From IMG/VR virus record IMGVR_UViG_3300032093_000005: a stretch of DNA of 64,000 nt; one strand, 5' to 3'. The position numbers and the translations under genes were made by a program. Origin of the DNA: a virus. Its lineage: Duplodnaviria > Caudoviricetes. Under the pieces are notes generated by a model. It saw only the letters and a list, made by a program, of their open reading frames with translations. It did no database searches and was not told the origin of the DNA. Below, piece by piece: positions 1-9,306 of this stretch (positions are counted from its first letter, which is position 1; each line of letters starts with the position of its first letter).

Positions 1-130
1 CACCAGGACGTTCATTATTAAACACAATAAACTCAAAATCATCTTTGACGTGGCGTTTAATTGATTCGTACTGAAGTTGAATAAAGTCAGGACGATTATG
101 GGAATAGGTATAAATTTTAACCTTGCTCAT
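1..130 (-). CDS. 5' part of a gene running off the window; probable glycosyltransferase-cluster protein
   Basis: ATG at 130 overlaps the GT11 stop; reads MSKVKIYTYSHNRPDFIQLQYESIKRHVKDDFEFIVFNN, resembling a GT-A N-terminus. Confidence 0.5.
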   Translation of the reverse strand, partial: MSKVKIYTYSHNRPDFIQLQYESIKRHVKDDFEFIVFNNERPG

Positions 131-1098
131 TTGATGCTCCTATAAAATTGATTTATTTCTTTGTATTCTTCATACTCTTCCCTACAATCAGCACCAGTCA
201 TCAGATCACCATCACGATCCAACCAATACCAATCATCCACAATAGATTCGTGAGGTCTCCACCAACCATTGGAAGTTTTATAATCAAACCAATACTTAGG
301 AGCAATCACGTCACAATCTTTATTTGTCCAAACTGGCCAAAATGCAAAAGTAGAAGAAGAAATAATAACGTTTTTTGCAGTATTGAGAATTGAATAATCA
401 ACACCAACTGGCCCACCTGGATAGGCATACCAACCAATACTTCCTTGATATGGATCTTTTTCTTCCATTATAGCAGAACCAACAACTTCGGCAAATGGAA
501 TGAATTGTCTTGCATGTTCTGGGTCATCAGTGACACAGACAAATTTCATATCTGGATTTTTGTCCAGCATATGTTTTGCTGCGGTCTGATAATACTCTGG
601 AGGAACCCAAGAAGCACCGGTCAAATAATCACCGCCACGAAATTGAATTACACAAATATCATCAGAAGAATAGTCGGTGATTTTGTTGTCATAGTCCAAC
701 CATTTAATAATATCATCCCTACGATGACTAATGTATGACATATTTTGAAAGTATCCCTCAACCTTTGTGTTATCAGGAAGTTCACTCCAGAGGTGATCAT
801 CAAACACATTCATCTCCTCTCCTCCCATGTAGGAAGGATACCTCTGCCTACGCTCAAGGTAATAGTTATTGATTCCTTCGGGCAGTTCAACTGGAGGTCC
901 ACCCTCAGGACCATGACCACCAATGACGGGTTTACCCATATCAAAGTTAGTCATAAATGCACATGCTTTGAAAGGGGTAGTTGGTTTCTTTTGAATACCC
1001 CAATCATACCCCATTCTTTCAGCAATGATTCTTGGAACAAGAATGTGCCAAAGTTGGTTCCCAATACCAGAACCATCATAAATTTCAGAAACAATCAT
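127..1098 (-). CDS. Glycosyltransferase family 11 (alpha-1,2-fucosyltransferase-like)
   Basis: GIGNQL start motif, EGYFQ, QFRGGDY (HxRRGDY-like), VTDDP, IISSSTFAFW. Confidence 0.85.
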   Translation of the reverse strand: MIVSEIYDGSGIGNQLWHILVPRIIAERMGYDWGIQKKPTTPFKACAFMTNFDMGKPVIGGHGPEGGPPVELPEGINNYYLERRQRYPSYMGGEEMNVFDDHLWSELPDNTKVEGYFQNMSYISHRRDDIIKWLDYDNKITDYSSDDICVIQFRGGDYLTGASWVPPEYYQTAAKHMLDKNPDMKFVCVTDDPEHARQFIPFAEVVGSAIMEEKDPYQGSIGWYAYPGGPVGVDYSILNTAKNVIISSSTFAFWPVWTNKDCDVIAPKYWFDYKTSNGWWRPHESIVDDWYWLDRDGDLMTGADCREEYEEYKEINQFYRSIK

Positions 1099-1934
1099 TT
1101 GATTAAACTTGTAAACTTCTCTTTGTTATCAAGGATATATTGTGGGTAAGAATCATCTACAGGTACAGTTTGATAAATTGCATAGTCTCTTCCCAATGGA
1201 TCTTTGTTATCTTTGACTCTGGCAACATTCCGTTTGATTTGATCATTGTTTAACTCAGAATGAGCAGCACACTCAATCTTTTTTAACACTCTCTCCTCAA
1301 CAGAAAGTCCTTCACTTCCAACATAACTCCAGTGCCACCCACCAGGAAAAATTCTATAATTTTTTTCATTTTCCTGTTTACTACGCAATTCAGATAAAGT
1401 ATATTTGTTAAGAATTGATTTACTGAATAATTTAGTGCCCAACCATCTTGGCCTATCTTCATAATCCCAATCGGTTGTCATAGCACGAATTATACCACCA
1501 ACTTCAACAAGATTCAAGTATCCCATACAATTTTCTTGGGCAAAATGAAAAATTGCTTCCTGTTGAAAATAAGTGTTTAGTTTTTCAATTGCTTCTGGAT
1601 TAGGAACTTCATCAACGTCACTCCAAATAATTGCATCTTCATCAGATATATTTTGTAAAATGCAATTCTTAATATTATCCTTTTGAAAAACATCTCTTTG
1701 ATATGGATGAAGTTCTGGTGATGTTGTATCCTCAACAATGTTGTGAATGATTTTATGGTTGAACTTTTCAAACCTGCCTTTATTTTCTTGATAGTAAAGT
1801 GGTTTATCCAGACCAGAAAATGTTTTTGTTGCTTCACTTAAAATAAAGAAATCAACATAAGGATCAAGAATATTCAATCTAATTTCTAAGATATCCAATT
1901 CATTGAAAAAAGGAAATACATCAATTACTCTCAT
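1095..1934 (-). CDS. Glycosyltransferase family 17 (beta-1,4-GlcNAc transferase-like)
   Basis: DVFPFFNELDILEIRL, SEATKTFSG, YQR, SDVDEVP, GGWHWSY motifs. Confidence 0.8.
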   Translation of the reverse strand: MRVIDVFPFFNELDILEIRLNILDPYVDFFILSEATKTFSGLDKPLYYQENKGRFEKFNHKIIHNIVEDTTSPELHPYQRDVFQKDNIKNCILQNISDEDAIIWSDVDEVPNPEAIEKLNTYFQQEAIFHFAQENCMGYLNLVEVGGIIRAMTTDWDYEDRPRWLGTKLFSKSILNKYTLSELRSKQENEKNYRIFPGGWHWSYVGSEGLSVEERVLKKIECAAHSELNNDQIKRNVARVKDNKDPLGRDYAIYQTVPVDDSYPQYILDNKEKFTSLIK

Positions 1935-2778
1935 ACTCCTCCTTCATCGCATTAAAGACTTTTGAAATTCCTTCTTGAATAGATGTTTTTGGCATCCACC
2001 ATTTCATAATAAAAGTATCTGCTTGATTTCTTTTGTCTAATTGAACAGAATCCTTTTCTTCTGATGGTTTAACTATAACATCATGATTTCCAATCAAAGA
2101 AAACTGCCCATTGATCATACTTGCAATATCTCTAATTTTCGTATAGTGAAAACTAGTAATATGAAGATTGTCTTCTGGAGTAAAATCAGTGAAATTTTCC
2201 ATTACCGTTTCAAGTGCTTCGCAGCAATCTTCAGCATAGAGAAAATCACGTTGTTCTTCACCATCAGTAAGCATATCAATTACACCAGTTTCAAATCCTT
2301 TACGAATGAAGTCTGTAATAACATGTGCCTTCTCATGATTTTTTTCAATACCATAGACATTCCAGAACTTAACAATCAGTCCGTTCAAAGATTTTGTATA
2401 AAGTTCTCCAACATTTTTCAAAACACCATATGGAGAGTAACTCATATTACTCATTTGAGACGATGCAAATACAAATCTCACATTATATTTCTGGAGAAGA
2501 GTAAATGCATTTGCCATCAAACGACAATTGTTATTAATAAACTGGAAAGTATGTTGATACTTTTTCAGATATCGTGATCCACCCACATCAAAAGCAAGGA
2601 AAAATACAAAGTCAGAATCAGAAATTCTTTCTTCCAAAAGAGGATTTGGAATAGTTGTCATGTCTTCATCTGAGGTATTCACCAAATCAAATTCATGAAC
2701 TTGATGTCCCTTGTTACGCAAATACTCCGTCAGATAAGCACCGATTTGCCCACTGGAACCCAATACTGTAATTTTCAT
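1921..2778 (-). CDS. NAD-dependent epimerase/dehydratase (extended SDR)
   Basis: GSSGQIG Rossmann motif, YGVLK YxxxK, NVYG, RDFLYAED. Confidence 0.85.
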   Translation of the reverse strand: MKITVLGSSGQIGAYLTEYLRNKGHQVHEFDLVNTSDEDMTTIPNPLLEERISDSDFVFFLAFDVGGSRYLKKYQHTFQFINNNCRLMANAFTLLQKYNVRFVFASSQMSNMSYSPYGVLKNVGELYTKSLNGLIVKFWNVYGIEKNHEKAHVITDFIRKGFETGVIDMLTDGEEQRDFLYAEDCCEALETVMENFTDFTPEDNLHITSFHYTKIRDIASMINGQFSLIGNHDVIVKPSEEKDSVQLDKRNQADTFIMKWWMPKTSIQEGISKVFNAMKEEYESN

Positions 2779-2779
2779 A

Positions 2780-3859
2780 TCAAACAGGGTGATGGAAAGG
2801 AACGTAGGTTTCGTTTTCTAACTGAGAATTAATCCAATGATAAGTTTTTGAGATACCCTCTTCAAGACTCATCGAATAATCCCACTGAAGTTTTTCACGA
2901 ATCAAACTATTATTTGAATTACGACCACGAACTCCAAGAGGTCCATCAATATGCTTTTTAGTAATTTTCTTACCTGCTACCTTTGCAGCAATATCAGCAA
3001 GTTGATTAATGGTTACCATCTCTTCAGAACCAATATTGACTGGACCCATGAAGTCTGACTGAACCAGACGATAGGTTGCCTCAACACATTCATCAATATA
3101 AAGAAATGAGCGTGTCTGCTCACCATCTCCCCAAATTTCAACTTCACCACCTTCTACAGGAAGTTCTGCTACTTTACGACAAATTGCTGCTGGTGATTTT
3201 TCTTTACCACCTCTCCAAGTTCCTTCTGGACCAAAAATATTATGGTAGCGAGCAACTCTGACTGGGATACCATAATTTCGATTATAAGCAAAGAAAAGAC
3301 GTTCAGAAAACAATTTTTCCCACCCATATTCACTGTCTGGTCCAGCAGGATAAGCGTCATTTTCTTTTAATCCAGGATTTTCAGCGTCCATCTGAATATG
3401 CTCTGGATACATACAAGCAGATGATGAAAAGAAAATTTTAGTTCTATTTACACCTAACCTTTCATTCAAATCTTTGACTGAACGAAGAATATTTAAATTA
3501 ATAGTAGCAGAATTATTCATCACATCTGCATCATGATCACCTGTAAAAATATACCCTGCTCCACCCATATCAGCAGCAAACTGATAGATTTCATCAAAAG
3601 TTCCAATATATCTTGATGGAACAAACTTATAAAAGTTATTTCCATATCCTCTAAATTGAACAACTTTTTCTACAAGGTTTTGATCTGTTAGATCACCTTG
3701 AATAAATTCATCTGCTTCAGTTTTAGAATGTTCTGGTCTTTTTACATCTACACCACAAACCCAATAACCTTCCTTTTTAAGTCTTTTTACCATGTGACTT
3801 CCAATAAAGCCACCTGCACCAAGAACAAGTGCTCTCTTTATATAATTTGCCATAAACAA
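2780..3859 (-). CDS. GDP-mannose 3,5-epimerase-like SDR
   Basis: GAGGFIG, FAADMGGAGYI, SSACMYP, DAYPAGPDSEYGWEKL, EKSPAAICRK are GME-family signatures. Confidence 0.8.
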   Translation of the reverse strand: MFMANYIKRALVLGAGGFIGSHMVKRLKKEGYWVCGVDVKRPEHSKTEADEFIQGDLTDQNLVEKVVQFRGYGNNFYKFVPSRYIGTFDEIYQFAADMGGAGYIFTGDHDADVMNNSATINLNILRSVKDLNERLGVNRTKIFFSSSACMYPEHIQMDAENPGLKENDAYPAGPDSEYGWEKLFSERLFFAYNRNYGIPVRVARYHNIFGPEGTWRGGKEKSPAAICRKVAELPVEGGEVEIWGDGEQTRSFLYIDECVEATYRLVQSDFMGPVNIGSEEMVTINQLADIAAKVAGKKITKKHIDGPLGVRGRNSNNSLIREKLQWDYSMSLEEGISKTYHWINSQLENETYVPFHHPV

Positions 3860-3891
3860 GTCAATAATCTCCTAGTATATATTATAGCATA

Positions 3892-4824
3892 TCAAAGCAA
3901 GTTTTTCTTATACCACTCATACGTTTGAGTGATTCCTTGACGAAGTTCAACTTGAGGTTCCCAACCAAGAGATTTAATTTTATCTACATTTAAAACTTTA
4001 CGGGGAGTTCCATTTGGTTTTGTTGTGTCCCAATTAATATCATGTTCATAACCAACAATATCAGCAATTGTTTCTGCTAATTGTTTAATAGTTACATCCT
4101 CACCCGTTCCAATATTAATATGTTCTTCACCTTCATAGTTTTGCATACAAATGAAACATGCTTCGGCAAGATCATCAACATATAGAAACTCGCGCATTGC
4201 TGATCCATCTCCCCACAATTTGACCTCCCAGTATTTACTATGGTTTAAAGCAGAATGAAACTTAGCAAGCATCGCAGGAAGAACATGAGATGTTTCTAAA
4301 TTAAAGTTATCATAAGGTCCATAAAGATTGGTTGGCATCAGTGAGATTGCATTAAATCCATATTGTCTCCGATACGCCTGACACATTTTAATTCCAGCAA
4401 TCTTTGCAATCGCATAAGAATCATTTGTCGTTTCTAGAGGTCCGGTAAGAAGTTGATCTTCTGTAATTGGAAGATTTGGATATTTTGGATAAATGCAAGA
4501 AGATCCTAGAAAGAGTAGTTTTTTTATTCCAAAATTATAAGATGTATTGATAATATTTGATTGAATCATCAAATTATCATATATGAAATTGGCAGGATAA
4601 GTTTTATTTGCCATAATTCCACCTGCTTTGGCAGCGGCAAGAAAAACATATTCCGGTTCCTCAGAACAAAAATAACGCTCAACTTCACCTTGATTTCTAA
4701 AATCAACATCATCACGAGTACCTTTGATGATATTAGTATATCCCTTCCCTTCAAGGTTTCTGACAATTGCCCTACCAACCATTCCGTTAGCACCGGCAAC
4801 TAAAATTCTAGAATTGTTTTTCAT
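3892..4824 (-). CDS. fcl: GDP-L-fucose synthase (WcaG/Fcl)
   Basis: [51 protein letters not shown]; start set at MKNNSR. Confidence 0.92.
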   Translation of the reverse strand: MKNNSRILVAGANGMVGRAIVRNLEGKGYTNIIKGTRDDVDFRNQGEVERYFCSEEPEYVFLAAAKAGGIMANKTYPANFIYDNLMIQSNIINTSYNFGIKKLLFLGSSCIYPKYPNLPITEDQLLTGPLETTNDSYAIAKIAGIKMCQAYRRQYGFNAISLMPTNLYGPYDNFNLETSHVLPAMLAKFHSALNHSKYWEVKLWGDGSAMREFLYVDDLAEACFICMQNYEGEEHINIGTGEDVTIKQLAETIADIVGYEHDINWDTTKPNGTPRKVLNVDKIKSLGWEPQVELRQGITQTYEWYKKNLL

Positions 4825-5818
4825 TAGTACACATATCCTCAACTAATTGTTCGAAAGAAATTTTAGGTTCCCAACCTAATTTTTGTTTTGCTTTTGTATA
4901 ATCTCCAAGAAGAGAATCTACTTCTGCTGGACGAAAATACTTTGGATCTACCATAATACGAACTAGTCCCGTATTTGTATCAATCCCAATCTCAGTTCCT
5001 TTATCTGTGAACTGCCATTCAATGTTCATTCCAAAATAAGGTGCTGCCATCTCAACAAACTGACGGACAGAATATTGTTTTCCAGTAGCAATCACATAAT
5101 CATCTGGTTCTTTTTGTTGTAGCATAATCCACATTGCTTCAACATAATCCTTAGCGTGTCCCCAATCACGCTTAGCATCAAGGTTACCTAACTTGAGAAC
5201 TGTCTGTTTTTCTTCAGATAATGCCTTAAATCCTTTAGTAATTTTACGGGTTACAAATGTTTCTCCTCTTCTAGGAGATTCGTGATTAAAAAGGATACCT
5301 GTACAAGCATACATTCCATATGCTTCACGATAGTTCTTAGTAATCCAGTATGCGTATAGTTTTGCTACCCCATAAGGAGAGCGGGGATAAAAAGGAGTAG
5401 TTTCACGTTGAGGAACTTCTTGAACAAGACCATAAAGTTCGCTTGTAGAAGCTTGATAGATGCGAACACGATCTTCCATACCCAATAAACGCACTGCTTC
5501 AAGAACCCGAAGAGTACCCATACCATCCACATCAGCAGTGTATTCAGGCATCTCAAAGGATACTTTGACGTGACTCTGAGCACCAAGATTATAAATTTCA
5601 TCTGGTTGAACTTTTTGAATAACTCTAACTATATTAGTTGAATCTGTTAAATCTCCATAATGTAATTTAATATTTTGAAATATATGATCAATACGATAAG
5701 TATTGATCATAGAAGAACGTCTAATGATGCCATGAACTTCATATCCTTTTTCCAAAAGAAATTCAGCAAGATATGATCCATCTTGTCCAGTAATACCTGT
5801 AATTAGAGCAACTTTCAT
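4808..5818 (-). CDS. gmd: GDP-mannose 4,6-dehydratase
   Basis: [58 protein letters not shown]. Confidence 0.97.
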   Translation of the reverse strand: MKVALITGITGQDGSYLAEFLLEKGYEVHGIIRRSSMINTYRIDHIFQNIKLHYGDLTDSTNIVRVIQKVQPDEIYNLGAQSHVKVSFEMPEYTADVDGMGTLRVLEAVRLLGMEDRVRIYQASTSELYGLVQEVPQRETTPFYPRSPYGVAKLYAYWITKNYREAYGMYACTGILFNHESPRRGETFVTRKITKGFKALSEEKQTVLKLGNLDAKRDWGHAKDYVEAMWIMLQQKEPDDYVIATGKQYSVRQFVEMAAPYFGMNIEWQFTDKGTEIGIDTNTGLVRIMVDPKYFRPAEVDSLLGDYTKAKQKLGWEPKISFEQLVEDMCTNEKQF

Positions 5819-6747
5819 TATTTTAAAATTAATTTTTTATACCACTCAATTGTTTTATCTAAACCATCTTCGAAAGAAACTCTAGGAGACCAACCAAGTT
5901 GATTTTTAATTTTAGATATATCTGTTGAATAACGACGATCATGTCCAGGTCTATCATTTACATATTCTATCATGTCATCCCCCATATTCATATGATTCAA
6001 TATAGAGCGAACAAGATCGATATTTTTCATCTCACAATTTCCACCTATATTATATTTTTGCCCCTCTTTCCCCTTTAACCATACTTCAATCAATGCTTCA
6101 CAATGATCCTGGACATATAACCAATCACGAATTTGTTGCCCATCACCATAGACAGGAACCTTTTTACCAGACAGCAGATTAGTTATAGCTTTAGGAATCA
6201 TTTTTTCTTGATATTGTCTAGGACCATAGTTATTTGAACAATTTGTAATTATTGTAGACAAACCATAAGTGTTGTGATATGCCATTACAAAATGATCACT
6301 TGCTGCCTTTGATGCTGAGTATGGATTTCTAGGAGAATAGTTAGAATTTTCTGTGAAGTATCCTTCTTCAATTGATCCATAAACTTCATCGGTGGAAATA
6401 TGAATGAACTTTCCAACTTCATATTTCAAAGCAAGATTCAATAGATTAACAGTTCCACTAATATTGGCGTGAATAAATGGTGAGCAATCTTCTATTGAAT
6501 TATCTACATGACTTTCTGCGGCAAAATGAAAGACAGTTGAAGGTTTATATTTTTTAAACACAAACTCACAACTATGTTTATCTGCAATATCCGTAGTGTA
6601 TAATTTAACAGGATCTGGAATATTATGCCAATCGGCAGCATAAGTTAAATTATCAATACAAATAATTTCTTCTGTTGTACATTTAATAAGATGATGAAGA
6701 AAATTACTGCCTATAAATCCTGCACCACCTGTAACTAATATAGTCAT
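5818..6747 (-). CDS. rfbB: dTDP-glucose 4,6-dehydratase
   Basis: [56 protein letters not shown]. Confidence 0.93.
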   Translation of the reverse strand: MTILVTGGAGFIGSNFLHHLIKCTTEEIICIDNLTYAADWHNIPDPVKLYTTDIADKHSCEFVFKKYKPSTVFHFAAESHVDNSIEDCSPFIHANISGTVNLLNLALKYEVGKFIHISTDEVYGSIEEGYFTENSNYSPRNPYSASKAASDHFVMAYHNTYGLSTIITNCSNNYGPRQYQEKMIPKAITNLLSGKKVPVYGDGQQIRDWLYVQDHCEALIEVWLKGKEGQKYNIGGNCEMKNIDLVRSILNHMNMGDDMIEYVNDRPGHDRRYSTDISKIKNQLGWSPRVSFEDGLDKTIEWYKKLILK

Positions 6748-7235
6748 TTTTGACCGTACCTTTCTAGAAGTTCTGGAGAATATTGTTGAATATCTTTTAT
6801 ATTTTTTTCTTCTCTTTTAGCATTCTCAAGATCATAAACTCTATTTCTAAGTTCTGTAGTTGAATATTGATGTCTTCTCATATGATAATGAATTTCTATA
6901 CCATTATCAATGCAGTATTGTTTTCCAGTAACTTCAACATCTCTATATTCTTCACTCAAAAAACGAATGTGAAAAGTTTGAGTCTTGATAAGATTTAAGA
7001 GATCTGCTTCAGTATCGTAAACAAGAATTTCATCCACATATTTACACGCCTGTACCTGAGCATATCTTTCGTAGATAGACTGTACTGGTTTATTTTTTAA
7101 ACCAGGTCTATCTATAGTAGGATCAACTTGAAGTGCTACTTTTAAATAATCGCACATTTCCTTTTCCATTTTGAGCATTGTAACATGTCCAGCATGAAAA
7201 AGATCAAAACAACTACAATTAAATCCGATTTTCAT
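6744..7235 (-). CDS. Cytidylyltransferase (TagD/RfaE-like HIGH family)
   Basis: FDLFHAGH motif, PVQSIYER, CKYVDE, YSTT; start moved to MKIGFN because the ORF-track start lies in a terminator. Confidence 0.85.
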   Translation of the reverse strand: MKIGFNCSCFDLFHAGHVTMLKMEKEMCDYLKVALQVDPTIDRPGLKNKPVQSIYERYAQVQACKYVDEILVYDTEADLLNLIKTQTFHIRFLSEEYRDVEVTGKQYCIDNGIEIHYHMRRHQYSTTELRNRVYDLENAKREEKNIKDIQQYSPELLERYGQK

Positions 7236-7262
7236 ACGAATATACTTTTTTATCATTATACT

Positions 7263-7292
7263 AAAAAAGGTGGGTTTATGCAACCCACCTTT
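7263..7292 (-). terminator. Intrinsic terminator
   Basis: AAAGGTGGGTT-GCATA-AACCCACCTTT followed by a T run on the - strand. Confidence 0.85.
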
Positions 7293-7297
7293 ATGTG

Positions 7298-7447
7298 CTC
7301 AGGCTCGCCACCAATTCTTTGACTGGAAATTGGAAACCAGGCGGGAGAGAGTCCCATCCGCACCAACGTCATTTTAGAGATGCCGTAAACTCAAATAGGG
7401 TCATATTTGACTCCACCAGTATAAGTTTTAAGTCGTTCCAGGACTAA
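7298..7447 (-). ncRNA. wcaG/manA-like cyanophage structured RNA
   Basis: Two H-type pseudoknot-compatible units, each followed by UGGYG, plus hairpins; directly upstream of wcaG-type sugar genes; family name from memory, not from an Rfam scan. Confidence 0.7.
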
Positions 7448-7664
7448 TGTAAAGTTGGGTTAACTTTGATATCTCAGTAATACCAAAAAATGCTATTAGA
7501 AATAACACGTCCCAAAGTTTAAGTTTGATAGCAAAAGGAATGCCGAGTAATCCCCCAACAAACTTTATCATCAAACCACTTTTAAAATCTCCCCACAACA
7601 TAACTTGATAACCAAGTAGAAGGAGAAGGTTCCCAAGATACCTCAGGACACTTGTTTTAGACAT
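7428..7664 (-). CDS. Small membrane protein
   Basis: Three hydrophobic segments; in operon order. Confidence 0.6.
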   Translation of the reverse strand: MSKTSVLRYLGNLLLLLGYQVMLWGDFKSGLMIKFVGGLLGIPFAIKLKLWDVLFLIAFFGITEISKLTQLYISPGTT

Positions 7665-7692
7665 AAGGGGTTTTCATCACCGACCAGTGCTG

Positions 7693-7947
7693 TTATAGAC
7701 CATCCGTGTCTTCTTCGTCATCTTTTACATAACAAGGAACTCTATCTGGATCTAACCAAAGCGCATAGTTGAAATCTTCCATTGCAGTAGAGCATTGTAG
7801 ACCATTATCAAAAAGATAAATGTCATTCCAGCGTTTGGTATAGTAATTTTGCTTTTGCATACGGTAATCGGGTTTACCGTTGAGTTCAATAATACCTGCT
7901 TCTACAAAACGGTATTCTCCACGCTCCAGAAGAACTTTGGGTTTCAC
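7693..7947 (-). CDS. Hypothetical protein
   Basis: Overlaps the upstream stop (GTGA); coding-like composition. Confidence 0.65.
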   Translation of the reverse strand: MKPKVLLERGEYRFVEAGIIELNGKPDYRMQKQNYYTKRWNDIYLFDNGLQCSTAMEDFNYALWLDPDRVPCYVKDDEEDTDGL

Positions 7948-8156
7948 GCTTCAACTGCCTCAAGATCGCTGGCGACATACTCCATAAGCATTTCGTAGTC
8001 GTCAAGGGGGTCACCAGAAAATACTACTCCTTCATTTTCGTAGAAGCGGCGCACCTTTTTATAAAGTTTCGGACTCTTTACGTCAAGGTAGATTTCCCCG
8101 TTAGCAGCAAGACGAAGAGTGCTAACATCTTTTTTGAACTTTTGAATCAGAGACAT
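7944..8156 (-). CDS. Hypothetical early protein (MSLIQKFKK..., 70 aa)
   Basis: Real start at 8156, just below the promoter at 8179-8207; the longer ORF-track call runs through tRNA-Pro. Confidence 0.7.
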   Translation of the reverse strand: MSLIQKFKKDVSTLRLAANGEIYLDVKSPKLYKKVRRFYENEGVVFSGDPLDDYEMLMEYVASDLEAVEA

Positions 8157-8178
8157 TGTTTTGAATGTTGACCTTAGT

Positions 8179-8230
8179 ATTATAAGGGTTTGAGACTTTT
8201 GTGTCAAGTGTGCCAGTGAAGTAACTGGCA
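8179..8230 (-). promoter_or_regulatory. Sigma70-type early promoter with upstream inverted repeat
   Basis: TTGACA(8207-8202)-17 nt-TATAAT(8184-8179); TGCCAGT-N6-ACTGGCA at 8211-8230. Confidence 0.8.
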
Positions 8231-8231
8231 A

Positions 8232-8307
8232 TCGGAGTATTCGGATTTGAACCGAAATTATTCCTGCTCCCAAAGCAGGTGCCATGACCAAGTTAGGCGA
8301 TACTCCG
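8232..8307 (-). tRNA. tRNA-Pro(UGG)
   Basis: CGGAGTA/TACTCCG acceptor, CCTGC-TTTGGGA-GCAGG anticodon arm, TTCAAAT T-loop. Confidence 0.92.
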
Positions 8308-8649
8308 TAGTTCCAACTCACCAGAATGAACTGCTGCGTGGCAACAAGCACATAATAGCACACATCCCTTTATTTCGTCAAGAATGCGTTCGTGACTCCA
8401 TCCACGAATCCCATGAAATTTAGCATCTTTTTGAGAAGGGTCTAAGTGATGAACTTGAAGTGCTGATGAATATTTATCATATCCACAAGAAACACATTTA
8501 CCTCCCATTTCTTCTATAATAAAACTTCTTTTTTTCTGCCCCAACTCTAATCTATATTTGTTATGGCAGGCACCACATACTGATTTTTTATGTCCATAAA
8601 ATTTAGATGGGTCGGTTTCTCCACAATGCCCACATTTATGCGTTCTCAT
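8293..8649 (-). CDS. HNH endonuclease (putative homing endonuclease)
   Basis: CxxC pairs, HHLDP, CVLLCACCHAAVH; stop lies inside tRNA-Pro. Confidence 0.8.
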   Translation of the reverse strand: MRTHKCGHCGETDPSKFYGHKKSVCGACHNKYRLELGQKKRSFIIEEMGGKCVSCGYDKYSSALQVHHLDPSQKDAKFHGIRGWSHERILDEIKGCVLLCACCHAAVHSGELELRSIA

Positions 8650-8674
8650 TTTGGTAGAATAAGTTTATCTACCA

Positions 8675-8824
8675 TTATTTATGTTTTTTGTCAAGCGGTT
8701 CCCAGTGCTGCCAGTTGTATTTATGAATTGCCCAGATACCCATAATCGGTGGAACAATCAAAAGATAACAAATAATTCCCAAAGTAAAAGGAGTTTCTAA
8801 TACCCACCTTGAAAAATGTAACAT
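8675..8824 (-). CDS. 49-aa membrane microprotein (not in ORF track)
   Basis: MLHFSRWVLETPFTLGIICYLLIVPPIMGIWAIHKYNWQHWEPLDKKHK; ATG overlaps the upstream stop. Confidence 0.55.
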   Translation of the reverse strand: MLHFSRWVLETPFTLGIICYLLIVPPIMGIWAIHKYNWQHWEPLDKKHK

Positions 8825-9087
8825 CAATATCCTCTCCAAGTTTTAAACTCATAATAAAAATACTGATCAACAATCCAATTATCTAATGGAGCATTCTCTT
8901 CTCTTTGTGCCCATTCAATACAAAAATCTACAATCTTATGATCATTCAATGATTTGTGCCCCCACATTCTTACAAATGCAGAGGCTGCAAAGTGATATTT
9001 TTGTTTAATGTGCGGTCCCATTTCCCTTATAATCTTTGGAGTCATAATATCCTCCTCGTGTTCCGAAGTAGAGTGTTGATAAAACAA
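8824..9087 (-). CDS. Hypothetical protein
   Basis: Operon position; start may be the internal MTPKII. Confidence 0.55.
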   Translation of the reverse strand: MFYQHSTSEHEEDIMTPKIIREMGPHIKQKYHFAASAFVRMWGHKSLNDHKIVDFCIEWAQREENAPLDNWIVDQYFYYEFKTWRGY

Positions 9088-9126
9088 ACGGGATTGAAAC
9101 GAATAGAAGTGCTTTTGCTAATAACA

Positions 9127-9294
9127 TTATAAAAACATTCCTGGTTTATAATCTACTATTTGTTGAATCTCATCAAGTAGTGCTCCATACTCTTTAAACT
9201 TTCTATCTCCTGCAATAAAATGTCTTTGTCTTATCCAAACAGCATCTGCAAGTAGTTTCAGTTCATACTCCGATAAATCTTTAAAACGTTCCAT
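9127..9294 (-). CDS. 55-aa hypothetical protein (not in ORF track)
   Basis: MERFKDLSEYELKLLADAVWIRQRHFIAGD...; GGAGA SD upstream. Confidence 0.55.
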   Translation of the reverse strand: MERFKDLSEYELKLLADAVWIRQRHFIAGDRKFKEYGALLDEIQQIVDYKPGMFL

Positions 9295-9306
9295 TGTAAA
9301 TCTCCT

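Noticed and set aside
7236-7283. ORF-track start of the cytidylyltransferase
   Set aside because: ATG lies in the terminator loop; homology-like sequence begins at MKIGFN
8157-8363. N-terminal extension of ORF 7944-8363
   Set aside because: Runs through tRNA-Pro and a consensus promoter; the real start is 8156
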